From an uncultured Gammaproteobacteria bacterium (lineage in GTDB: Bacteria > Pseudomonadota > Gammaproteobacteria > Steroidobacterales > JBCCMA01), in assembly GCA_964639265.1 (NCBI GenBank), contig CAZXCL010000004.1, positions 20,900 to 84,899 on the forward strand: 64,000 bases of DNA, in the 5' to 3' direction. The notes beneath the pieces are model-generated. The model did no database searches and had not been told where the DNA came from. It saw only the letters and a program-made list of their open reading frames with translations. This document shows positions 19,729 to 28,989 of this stretch, in pieces. The stretch's first letter is position 1; every line of letters starts with the position of its first letter. Made by a program: the position numbers and the translations under genes.

Positions 19729-21003
19729 GTGATCAAGGTAATCAAAGAAGGCATTGATACCACCGTTGCCGCAGAGATGGACGGCAAGGTGCGCGCTACC
19801 GTGGAGAGTATTCTCGAGGACATCGGGGCACGCGGTGATGCGGCCGTGCGGGCGTTGTCGCAGAAATTTGACAGCTGGTCTCCCGAGGCGTTTCGACTCA
19901 GCGACGACGAAATAAAGGCCTGTGTTGAGCGGCTGCCGCAGCGCTCCATTGACGATATTCGTTACGCACAAACCCAGATTCGTCGTTTTGCCGAGATTCA
20001 GAAAGCGGCTTTGCAGGACGTGGAGGTCGAGACCATTCCAGGCGTTGTTCTTGGCCACAAGAATCTGCCGGTAAACAGCGTTGGTTGCTACGTGCCCGGT
20101 GGCAAGTATCCGATGGTCGCGTCGGCGCACATGAGTGTGCTGACGGCGAAAGTGGCGGGCGTCAAACGTGTGATTGCGTGCGCGCCGCCTTATCAGGGTA
20201 AGCCGAGCGACGCCATCGTCGCGGCGATGCACATGGCTGGGGCCGATGAGATTTACTGCCTTGGCGGTGTGCAGGCTGTGGGCGCAATGGCGCTGGGCAC
20301 CCAGACCATCGACAGTGTCGATATGATTGTCGGACCGGGAAATGCGTTTGTCGCAGAAGCCAAGCGCCAGCTTTACGGACGCGTCGGTATCGATCTTTTC
20401 GCCGGACCGACCGAGACGCTGATCATCGCCGACGAGACCTGCGACGGCGAGATGGCCGCCACCGATTTGCTGGGCCAGGCCGAGCATGGCGTTAACTCAC
20501 CTGCGATTTTGCTGACGACGTCGGCCAAGCTCGTCGAAGATACGCAGGTAGAAATCGAGCGCCAGCTCAAGACGCTGGCCACGGCAGAGGTGGCTGGGCA
20601 GGCCTGGCGCGATTACGGCCAGATCATTCTATGTGACACCGATGAGGAGCTGTTGGCTGAGGCCGATCGCATCGCCAGTGAGCACGTTCAGGTGCTCACC
20701 CGTGATCCGGATTACTTTCTCGATAACATGACCAACTACGGCGCACTGTTCCTTGGGCCGGAAACCAACGTGGCCTACGGCGACAAGGTCATTGGTACCA
20801 ACCACACGTTGCCGACGAAGCTCGCCGCGCGCTACACCGGCGGATTGTGGGTCGGCAAGTTTATCAAGACCTGCACCTATCAGAAGGTAACGCCCGAGGC
20901 GACGGTCGAGGTGGGTGAATACTGCTCCAGGCTGTGCGAACTCGAAGGGTTTGCCGGTCATCAGGCGCAGGCCGATCTGCGCGTCGCGCGCTACAAGACC
21001 TGA
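19729..21003 (+). CDS. Histidinol dehydrogenase-family protein, HpsN-like paralogue (probably not biosynthetic HisD)
   Basis: 'CYVPGG', '[12 protein letters not shown]', 'QAEHG', '[13 protein letters not shown]'; GAGGA RBS before GTG 19729. Confidence 0.88.
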   Translation: MIKVIKEGIDTTVAAEMDGKVRATVESILEDIGARGDAAVRALSQKFDSWSPEAFRLSDDEIKACVERLPQRSIDDIRYAQTQIRRFAEIQKAALQDVEVETIPGVVLGHKNLPVNSVGCYVPGGKYPMVASAHMSVLTAKVAGVKRVIACAPPYQGKPSDAIVAAMHMAGADEIYCLGGVQAVGAMALGTQTIDSVDMIVGPGNAFVAEAKRQLYGRVGIDLFAGPTETLIIADETCDGEMAATDLLGQAEHGVNSPAILLTTSAKLVEDTQVEIERQLKTLATAEVAGQAWRDYGQIILCDTDEELLAEADRIASEHVQVLTRDPDYFLDNMTNYGALFLGPETNVAYGDKVIGTNHTLPTKLAARYTGGLWVGKFIKTCTYQKVTPEATVEVGEYCSRLCELEGFAGHQAQADLRVARYKT

Positions 21004-21023
21004 TCATGTAAGGAGAAAGGACG

Positions 21024-23273
21024 ATGGATCTGACGCGGCGACGATTTCTGACTTTGTCCACCGCAGTCGGTGCGGCCTCCACGGTGCCGTTTTCGCTGCC
21101 AGCGGCGGCGGCAGCGTCAGAGTCCTTACGCGCCAAAGGCGCAAGCTGGACGCCACGCGACGTGCCGCGCAAACCCAATATTGCCGTTGTGGTTCTCGAT
21201 GATGTGGGTTTTGCGGATCTGGGGTGCTACGGATCGGAGAATCTGACGCCCACGATCGACAAGCTGGCCGCCGACGGCGTTCGCTTCAACAACTTTCACG
21301 TCACGGCGCTGTGCGCGCCGACCCGGGCCTGTCTTTTGACCGGCAGCAATGCGCATGCGGTCGGTGTGGGCAATATCGCCGAGTGGGGGCGTGATCATCC
21401 GGGCTATCGCGGCTGGATCCGCCCCGATGCGCCGACCATTGCCGAGATGCTCCGGCCGCAAGGTTACTCGACCATGGCTCTGGGCAAGTGGCATTTGTCG
21501 TCGCTGTCCGATCAGAATGCCACCGGCCCCTACGATCACTGGCCGATTGGTCGCGGGTTTGATCGCTGGTATGGCGCGCACGGCAATGCGATCGATCATT
21601 TTCACCCCGAGGTTTTCGAGAACACACGGCAGGTGCGTCCTGACAAGCGTGAGGGCTATCACTTTTCCGAAGATCTGGTCGATCGCGCTTCGCACTACGT
21701 CAAGGATCACCTTGCGGCGACCAACGACAGTCCTTTTTTCATGTACCTGGCTTTCGGGGCGTGTCACTTTCCGTTTCATCCGCCGCGGTCTTATCTTGAA
21801 CGTGCACGCGGGCGCTACGACGCCGGTTGGGATGTGCTTCGTGCGCAGCGCTTTGAGCGCCAGCAGGCGCTCGGAGTCCTGCCAGCCGGTACGCGTTTGT
21901 CGCCGCGCAGCCCGAATGTCCAGGCGTGGTCGTCGCTTGGGCGCGATGAGCAACGTGTGTCGGCGCGCATGCAGGAAGCTTACGCGGCGTTTCTTGAACA
22001 CACCGATGATCAGATCGCGCGCCTGGTTGCCATGCTTCAAGCCGAGGGGCAGCTCGACAACACGATACTGATGGTGCTGTCCGACAATGGCGCGGCCAGC
22101 GGCGGACCGCCATCTGGCATGCTGGACGTGCGTCGGGTGTCGTATCTTGAGCCTGAGTCGCTCGAGCACCTGGTCGCAAACATCGACAACATCGGTACCG
22201 AGCACTCGCAGTGCATTTACAGTCCCGGCTGGAGTCATGCGGGCAATACGCCGCTCAAATGGTTCAAAGGCGATACCCACGGCGGCGGCACGCGCTCACC
22301 GCTGGTCGTGCACTGGCCTGCCGGTGGTATCCGCGGTGGCGCTGTGCTCGATCAGTACCATCACGTGACGGATCTGGTGCCGAGTCTGCTTGAGATGTCG
22401 GGCAACGATGCGCCGGCCGAACACGACGGGTCGCCGGTCCTGCCCATCCAGGGAACGAGCTTCGCCTATGCGCTCGATCATCAGGATGCGCCAACAAATA
22501 AATCGGTGCAGTACTTTGAAACGCTCGGTGATCGTGCGATCTGGTACGACGGCTGGAAGGCCGTGGTGCGTCATCAGGGGCGCAGCAGTTTTGACGATGA
22601 CGTCTGGGAACTCTATCACACAGATACGGATTTCTCCGAAACCACAAACCTTGCCGAGGCACAAACCTCACGCCTCATGCATATGGTGAGTCTGTGGGAT
22701 GAGCAGGCGCGCACGTACAACATTCTGCCGCTGGCCAATAACACGCTCGAGTTGTACAAGCGTGCGGTGCCAGCGCCGCGGGCGCGGCACGTTTTTTATC
22801 CGGATATGACGAGGCTGGATCGTCTCAGCGCACCGGATATTTACGCTTTTGATTCTCTCATGACAGCGGATGTCGTCATCGACGCCAAGCGCGCTGAAGG
22901 CGTGCTGCTCGCCAGTGGTGACGGCGGCGCCGGCTACGAGTGGTTTGTGCTCGATGGTCAGGTCGTATTCAGCTATGTGTTTACGCGCGAGCAGCGCTAC
23001 ACGATACGCTCAAAACGTCGCGTGCCAGTGGGCACGCAGCGGCTGGGTGTGCGTATCCGCAAGACGGGAGACGCCTCAGCAGATATTGAATTGCTGATTG
23101 ATGATCAAACCGTCGCGCGCGGCGCGTTGCCCAAAATGTGGCCGGTGTATACCCCCAACGCCGGTCTGCGCTGCGGCGCCAATCATGAGGCGCCGATCAG
23201 CGCGGCCTATGAAGGACCATTTCCTTTTGATCAGACGCTGCGTCGCATTGTCGTGCAGGTCTCGATCAGCTAA
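21024..23273 (+). CDS. Tat-exported arylsulfatase (Cys-type)
   Basis: 'TRRRFL' signal; 'LDDVGFAD', CAPTR signature, 'GKWHL', 'SDNG'; C-terminal beta-sandwich extension. Confidence 0.92.
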   Translation: MDLTRRRFLTLSTAVGAASTVPFSLPAAAAASESLRAKGASWTPRDVPRKPNIAVVVLDDVGFADLGCYGSENLTPTIDKLAADGVRFNNFHVTALCAPTRACLLTGSNAHAVGVGNIAEWGRDHPGYRGWIRPDAPTIAEMLRPQGYSTMALGKWHLSSLSDQNATGPYDHWPIGRGFDRWYGAHGNAIDHFHPEVFENTRQVRPDKREGYHFSEDLVDRASHYVKDHLAATNDSPFFMYLAFGACHFPFHPPRSYLERARGRYDAGWDVLRAQRFERQQALGVLPAGTRLSPRSPNVQAWSSLGRDEQRVSARMQEAYAAFLEHTDDQIARLVAMLQAEGQLDNTILMVLSDNGAASGGPPSGMLDVRRVSYLEPESLEHLVANIDNIGTEHSQCIYSPGWSHAGNTPLKWFKGDTHGGGTRSPLVVHWPAGGIRGGAVLDQYHHVTDLVPSLLEMSGNDAPAEHDGSPVLPIQGTSFAYALDHQDAPTNKSVQYFETLGDRAIWYDGWKAVVRHQGRSSFDDDVWELYHTDTDFSETTNLAEAQTSRLMHMVSLWDEQARTYNILPLANNTLELYKRAVPAPRARHVFYPDMTRLDRLSAPDIYAFDSLMTADVVIDAKRAEGVLLASGDGGAGYEWFVLDGQVVFSYVFTREQRYTIRSKRRVPVGTQRLGVRIRKTGDASADIELLIDDQTVARGALPKMWPVYTPNAGLRCGANHEAPISAAYEGPFPFDQTLRRIVVQVSIS

Positions 23274-24753
23274 GGCGATCTATCACCTCGAGCGCGGCGC
23301 GTTCGCCCGATTCCATGGCGCCTTCCATGCCGCGATTGATGACGGCCGTGTGTTCGCCGGCAAAGTGAATGCGGGCGAGAGGCTGACGCATGGTCTTTGC
23401 AAAACGCGTGGCTTGTCCCGGTTGCCAATAGGCGTATGCGCCACCGGCAAACGGCGTGCGATTCCAGGAGTAGACCTTGGCCAGGCGCAGCGCACCTTTG
23501 GTTGATGGCCTGATCTCGGCGAGTAGAGACTCAATCATGCGCCCGGCTTTTTCCGGTGCAAAGCGATCCAGATATCGCGCCATCTGGCCGTTGACGAACG
23601 ACAGGCAGCTGGTAATGCGCTCTGGCTCGGACGGGTCGTTTTTCAGTGCCATGAATCGTCCGCAAATGCGATCGGTCCACATGCTGGGCGGCAAACCGTC
23701 GATTTCCCAGTAGGGTTTGAGCGGGACAAAGTGCGCTTGAAACACCGGCGTGTACTCAAGCTGATGCACGGCCTCGGCCTGCAGGCCCTCAAACGCCGGA
23801 GCAATATGCACGTGGCGCAGCGCGCTAAATGGCAGCGTGCACACGCAAAATTTCGCGCGAAACACTCGCCCTTCAATCGTGGTAACGCGCACGCCTTTGC
23901 CGTCGGATTCAATGCTGCGTACGTGCTGGTTGAGCAACACGTCGCCACCCAGGCCCCCGGCCATCGCTTCAGGAATACGCTGATTGCCGCCCGCGCTCGC
24001 CATTGATCGGGCTGGCAGTGCGTTGTCGCCGCGATACAGGCTGTTGATCAGGTTGCTACTTTGAAAACCCATCAGCATGGACAAATCATGCGGGCTTGTG
24101 CCGTAGCTCATATTGGTGCCACAGCCGAGTTTGATGGCTTCGCCAGACAGGCCCTTGCGCGACAGGTAGTCAAACACCGAAATGTCGACGTCGCCATACT
24201 TGCCGCTTTGCCAGGCTTCAAAGTTGTGTCTGGGCAGCGGGTTTTCGTCTTCGGGATAGACCAGAAACTGAAATGAGCTGAGTTTTTTTCCGCGATTGGA
24301 CTTGGTGCTGAACGGGTTGAGTTGGTGGGTGGCCCATTCGTCCACTGCGATTGGCTGGCCACGCAGGTGGTACATCAATTCGCCTTTGCGTGGCTCGGTA
24401 CGCGGCCGTGAATCCTGCATTTCGACACCAAAGCGTTCGGCGACGTACAGGATGCGAGCATAGTGTGAGCCGATGCCGCTGCCGCCCATCTCCGGATGAC
24501 CCGGAACCTCGTTCTCGGCTGCCGTGAAGAGTCTTCCGCCTACCCGGTCGTTGCCCTCCAGCACCTGCACGCGAAAGCCCACGTCTTCGAGGTTGAGCGC
24601 GGCGTTCAGTCCCGCGAGGCCGGCGCCAAGCACCAGTACGTCGGGCGGGCCACCTTGTGCCTGGGCGAAGCGACCGGGCGCGGACGCGATCAGCGCCGCG
24701 GCCGACAGGCCTTTGAGCGCATCGCGGCGGGAGAAGTGAGAAGGCTTGCTCAA
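23266..24753 (-). CDS. Tat-exported flavin monoamine oxidase / L-amino acid oxidase family protein
   Basis: AAGGAG RBS before TTG 24753; 'SRRDALK'; GAGLAG, 'RVGGR', 'FAGEHT', 'GMEGAMESG'. Confidence 0.88.
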   Translation of the reverse strand: MSKPSHFSRRDALKGLSAAALIASAPGRFAQAQGGPPDVLVLGAGLAGLNAALNLEDVGFRVQVLEGNDRVGGRLFTAAENEVPGHPEMGGSGIGSHYARILYVAERFGVEMQDSRPRTEPRKGELMYHLRGQPIAVDEWATHQLNPFSTKSNRGKKLSSFQFLVYPEDENPLPRHNFEAWQSGKYGDVDISVFDYLSRKGLSGEAIKLGCGTNMSYGTSPHDLSMLMGFQSSNLINSLYRGDNALPARSMASAGGNQRIPEAMAGGLGGDVLLNQHVRSIESDGKGVRVTTIEGRVFRAKFCVCTLPFSALRHVHIAPAFEGLQAEAVHQLEYTPVFQAHFVPLKPYWEIDGLPPSMWTDRICGRFMALKNDPSEPERITSCLSFVNGQMARYLDRFAPEKAGRMIESLLAEIRPSTKGALRLAKVYSWNRTPFAGGAYAYWQPGQATRFAKTMRQPLARIHFAGEHTAVINRGMEGAMESGERAALEVIDRLS

Positions 24754-24862
24754 AGAGCGTCTCCTTGTTGCTCGATCACATAGCTGCGTGATCACATATA
24801 TACTTGATCGATACACAAATGTATATTCCACGTAGACATAGGCCAAAACGAAACGGGTTCGT

Positions 24863-26152
24863 ATGCTCCGTAACACGCCACTACGATGCTGGATAACTGT
24901 TGCCGCAGTCTTGCTGAGCCTCGCGTGTACGCCTGCGCGTGTCGAGCCGACCTCCGGCGCTGCGGTTCCTGTGCACAAGGGGACCCAGGACGCGGCCGCG
25001 TTGGCTGCCATTGCACTGGCTCAGATCGACGATCCAGCCGTGTGGGTGGTCGCGGCGACCGAGCTTGCCGAGGCATTCGTCGCGCAGGGTCGGTTTGATC
25101 TTGCTGCGAGTTTACTGGAGCGGGCAAAGCAAAAAGCAGACGCGCTTGAAGATCTGACATCAAGAACCTCCGCCCTGACAGGCATCGCGCCGCTGTTGGC
25201 GTCGGTTGGCCAGACGCAGCAAAGCGCCGTGGTCATCGACCAGGCCCGGCGGCTGGCCACGCAAATCGATGATGAAAACGTGCGCTGGGACGTCGAGGGC
25301 AAACTGTGCGTGGCGCTGGCCGCGGGCGGTGCGTTTGAGGCCGCGCTGGCGTGTGCGAATGCCGTGCCTGTGACCACCGATACGCTGGCCTCCTACAAAG
25401 CCAGAACGTTGCACGATATTGCCCCGTTCGTAGCGGCAGCCGGTGAGTTGGTTCGTGCCGAGGAAGCGCTTCAGAGCATCACCATGGGCTTGACCTACTA
25501 CGCTGCGGCCGCACGCACCGACGTCGCGATTTATGCGCATCAACAGGATGCGTCAATGTTGGCGCAGAGGTTGCTTACGGAGGCGGAGGCGATTGCTCGC
25601 GATCAAACCGACGGCTACTTCATCGCAGGCGCCCTGCGTCACGTTGCTGTCGCTCGTCTTGCACTCGGGCAAGATAGCGCGGCAAGTGACATTTTTACCG
25701 CCGCTGTGAACGCGGCTCGGCAAGGCGCCTCGCCTCAGCACAAGGCCCGCGCCGTAAGCCGAGTTGCGACATCTCTGGCCGACTACGGGCGTCTGGCTGA
25801 GACCGCACCGTTGCTCGATGAGGCGCTGGCGCTGGCCGCTACCGAATCGCGCGACACATTTCGCTACTGGTGCCTGTATGAAATTGCCGGGTCCGCGGCA
25901 TTCGCAGGTTTTTCGGACAAGGCCAAGGCGACGCTCGCGGACATTCCGTCTGACCTGATGTTCGGTGGCAAGTCACTCGCCGCTGCCACCCAGCGCGATG
26001 TCGCTTGGGGAATGGCGCGGCATGGCAACATGGTCGAGGCCATTGCATTGGCCGAGGCCATCAATTCGCCTCGCGAACGCGTACAGGCGCTTAGTCGTAT
26101 TGCCCGGGTTGCCGTCGACCCTGCGATGAAAGCGTTGCCACGTTATTTATAG
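24863..26152 (+). CDS. TPR-like alpha-helical repeat lipoprotein
   Basis: Lipobox 'SLAC'; Ala/Leu-rich helical repeats. Confidence 0.65.
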   Translation: MLRNTPLRCWITVAAVLLSLACTPARVEPTSGAAVPVHKGTQDAAALAAIALAQIDDPAVWVVAATELAEAFVAQGRFDLAASLLERAKQKADALEDLTSRTSALTGIAPLLASVGQTQQSAVVIDQARRLATQIDDENVRWDVEGKLCVALAAGGAFEAALACANAVPVTTDTLASYKARTLHDIAPFVAAAGELVRAEEALQSITMGLTYYAAAARTDVAIYAHQQDASMLAQRLLTEAEAIARDQTDGYFIAGALRHVAVARLALGQDSAASDIFTAAVNAARQGASPQHKARAVSRVATSLADYGRLAETAPLLDEALALAATESRDTFRYWCLYEIAGSAAFAGFSDKAKATLADIPSDLMFGGKSLAAATQRDVAWGMARHGNMVEAIALAEAINSPRERVQALSRIARVAVDPAMKALPRYL

Positions 26153-26170
26153 CGCAAAGAGGAACTGACC

Positions 26171-26851
26171 ATGGACGCTTCGATTCGAACCATCACACTC
26201 GGTGTTTGCAGCGCGCTGCTATTGCTTGTTGGGGGGTGCGCCACCGGTACGGCATCGACCAACGACATCGCCACGATCATGCAGTGGTGGAATGGTGACT
26301 ATGACAACGACGCGCAGATCAAGGGGCTCATGGCAGCCGATAAACCCGTGTGGCGTGCTGACGGTTCGGGGGAGGGGGGACACATCGCTGTGACTTCGCA
26401 CTACCGACGCATCAATCTGCCGGCGTTCGGCGACAACGTGATCTATGTTGAGGAAACCAAGCACAACGATCCGGACAACCTGTTCCGACAGCGCATCTAC
26501 ACGTTGTCGCAGCCGGATTCCGACGGGCCGGTGCGCGTCAAGCTGTGGTACTTCAAGGATAAGGAAGGCTATATCGGGGCATGGAAAAATTTGTCGATGC
26601 TCGACAAGCTGACGCCCGAGCAAATGTCGCCGCTGCCAGATAATTGTGATTTGCTCGTGACGCGCGTGGGTCGCAAGTATCACATGCCGATGACCGACGG
26701 TGCGTGCGTGTTTGGTACGCGAAGCTTCAACTACCAGGTGCTACTTGGTCGCGACAGCTTCTGGTTCCGCGACAAGATCGTGGACGTTGAAAGCGGCGAA
26801 ACTCTCGAGACCGCCGGCGCGTTCACCTACCACGAGCTCGCCCGACAGTAG
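26171..26851 (+). CDS. CpcT/CpeT-family (T-type bilin lyase fold) lipoprotein
   Basis: Lipobox 'VGGC'; 'WWNGDYDNDAQ', 'YVEE...FRQRIY', 'LPDNCDL'. Confidence 0.7.
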   Translation: MDASIRTITLGVCSALLLLVGGCATGTASTNDIATIMQWWNGDYDNDAQIKGLMAADKPVWRADGSGEGGHIAVTSHYRRINLPAFGDNVIYVEETKHNDPDNLFRQRIYTLSQPDSDGPVRVKLWYFKDKEGYIGAWKNLSMLDKLTPEQMSPLPDNCDLLVTRVGRKYHMPMTDGACVFGTRSFNYQVLLGRDSFWFRDKIVDVESGETLETAGAFTYHELARQ

Positions 26852-26981
26852 TTCGACTGATTCCAGACCCGGCCCGCGAGGCCCGCCGTTGGGCGGTGCG
26901 GCCGCCGCGCCACACTTATTCACCATTGTGTGAGAGATACTTGTTTATAGTCAACGCGTTATTGACTTCTGGAGTATCGAA

Positions 26982-27263
26982 ATGGAAGGTTTACTGCCTC
27001 TTATTATTAGTCTTGCCAGCGGCGCTGCCGGCGGTAATCTCGCCGGCGCCGTGATGAAGAATTTCAACCTTGGCACCCTGTGGAACTCGGTTGTTGGCAT
27101 TCTTGGCGGCGGCATCGGCAGCCAGTTGCTTGGCATGGTCGGCGTGGACACCGGCGGTGGCATGGACATCGGCGGCATTATCGGCAGCGTTGCCTCCGGC
27201 GGTGTTGGCGGCGGTGTACTGATGGCTATCGTCGGGATGGTCAAAAAAATGATGGCCAAGTAA
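26982..27263 (+). CDS. Small glycine-zipper membrane protein
   Basis: GGAG RBS; 93 aa, Gly-rich hydrophobic 'SGAAGGN', 'GILGGGIG', 'GGVGGGVL'. Confidence 0.8.
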   Translation: MEGLLPLIISLASGAAGGNLAGAVMKNFNLGTLWNSVVGILGGGIGSQLLGMVGVDTGGGMDIGGIIGSVASGGVGGGVLMAIVGMVKKMMAK

Positions 27264-27408
27264 ACGGCTTTTTTTAAGCCGCGGCGGGCACAGGACGTGC
27301 CTGCCCCAATCGTCTTCGCGGCACTCGTCCGCAACATCCAAATCACTCTTCCTCTGCGTTTGACGGTACTCTGTTGACATCTTTTCGATGTGTAGAAGGC
27401 CCCGTCCG

Positions 27409-28437
27409 ATGTCGATCACTGTCTGTCGTGCCGTCTGTCTTGTTTTGAGCCTGTTTCTTGTTGCGTGCGCGACACCGCCCGGGATGAATCCGGAACGCGC
27501 GTTTGAGCCCCAGGAACGTCGCGCCCGGCTTTCAGATCAGACCATGGCGGTGGCCTACTCAGGTTTTCGCAAAGGCCAGCATCCTGATCGCGGCAACGGT
27601 GCGAAAAATCCGAGCCGGGAGGAGATACTCGAAGATCTGCGCATTCTCGTTGAGCACGATTTCAAATTGATTCGCCTCTACGACACCGGTGCAAACACAC
27701 GAACGACCTTGAGCCTGATCCGCGATCATCAGCTACCCATCAAGGTGCTGCTGGGCGTCTGGCTTAGCGCGGAGGTCAGCAACCACGAAGGCTGCCCGTG
27801 GCTTACCGAACCAATTCCCGACGCGACGCTTGAGGCCAACATGCTCGTCAACCGCCGTGCCGTTCAGACCGGCATTGAGCTGGCGCGCGAGTTTCAGGAG
27901 ATTGTTGTGGCGGTGAACGTTGGCAATGAAGCGCTGGTCGAGTGGAATGATCACATGGTGCCGCTGGAAACTGTGATCGACTATGTGCGCACCATGAAGT
28001 CGGGTATCGAGCAGCCGGTTACGGTGGCCGAGAATTACGTCTGGTGGATTCGTCACGGTGCGCCACTGGCCGCGCACGTCGATTTTCTGGGCGTACACAC
28101 CTATCCGGTGTGGGAGCAAAAAACGATTGATGAGGGTCTGGCGTACACGATCAGCAATTTGCGCGATGTCCAGATCGCGCATCCGGACCGTGCCATCGCC
28201 GTGCTCGAGGCCGGCTGGGCAACCACGGCCAGTGAATTTGGCGAGCGCGCCGGTCAGACGCAGCAAAAACGGTATTTTTCAGAGCTCGGCGCGTGGGCCA
28301 ACGCGCATGAGGTGAGCGTGTTTTTCTTCGAGGCGTTTGATGAGCCGTGGAAAGGAAATCCGAACAACCCGGCAGGTGCTGAGAAACACTGGGGCCTGTT
28401 TTTCGAGGATCGAACGCCGAAAAAAGTGATGCAGTAG
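27409..28437 (+). CDS. Glycoside hydrolase family 17 lipoprotein (beta-1,3-glucanase-like)
   Basis: Lipobox 'LVAC'; 'IRLYD', 'NVGNEAL', 'LEAGWAT', 'FEAFDEPWK', 'EKHWGLF'. Confidence 0.88.
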   Translation: MSITVCRAVCLVLSLFLVACATPPGMNPERAFEPQERRARLSDQTMAVAYSGFRKGQHPDRGNGAKNPSREEILEDLRILVEHDFKLIRLYDTGANTRTTLSLIRDHQLPIKVLLGVWLSAEVSNHEGCPWLTEPIPDATLEANMLVNRRAVQTGIELAREFQEIVVAVNVGNEALVEWNDHMVPLETVIDYVRTMKSGIEQPVTVAENYVWWIRHGAPLAAHVDFLGVHTYPVWEQKTIDEGLAYTISNLRDVQIAHPDRAIAVLEAGWATTASEFGERAGQTQQKRYFSELGAWANAHEVSVFFFEAFDEPWKGNPNNPAGAEKHWGLFFEDRTPKKVMQ

Positions 28438-28444
28438 GCCGCGC

Positions 28445-28795
28445 CTAGAACGGAATATCGTCGTCGGAGATCGGCGGCTGTTCTTCCCATGCCGGCGGCG
28501 CTTCACCCCCCGCATCCTGATTCATTTGCTGGTCCGGGCGTTCGATGCGCCAGGCTTTGACATCGGTATACCAGCGTCCGTTGTACTCGCGGCTTTCAAG
28601 ATCAAAATGAACGTTGAGCTGCTCACCTTGCTTGATCCGAAACTGATCAATCTTGTCGCCCCACACCATGAAGCACACGGATTTCGGGTAGTCGCCCGGT
28701 ATCTCGACCACATATTCCTGCTTGCGCCACGGCCCTCGGGCCGAGTTGCCGGATTTTTCTTCCAGTACGTGGGTGATCTTTCCTGACAGTTCCAA
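28445..28795 (-). CDS. DUF3127 family OB-fold protein with SSB-type C-terminal tail
   Basis: AGAGG RBS before TTG 28795; 'WRKQEYVVE..GDYPKSVCF..WGDKID', 'ESREYNGRWYTDVKAWRI'; ends DDDIPF. Confidence 0.82.
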   Translation of the reverse strand: MELSGKITHVLEEKSGNSARGPWRKQEYVVEIPGDYPKSVCFMVWGDKIDQFRIKQGEQLNVHFDLESREYNGRWYTDVKAWRIERPDQQMNQDAGGEAPPAWEEQPPISDDDIPF

Positions 28796-28989
28796 TGTGA
28801 GACCTCTGTTGTGCAGCATGTGAATTTCGAGGCGCAAGATTACCACTGCACGGAGAGGTCGGCGAGTCTGATGGCATCGGTTGCTGGCGGCGTGAAATGT
28901 TTTGCGCATGCGGCGGGTCTTCTGGGTAAGCGCGCTCTGACGGATGCGTGATATTTCCAAATTTTACGACCTGATCAGGACGCAACATC

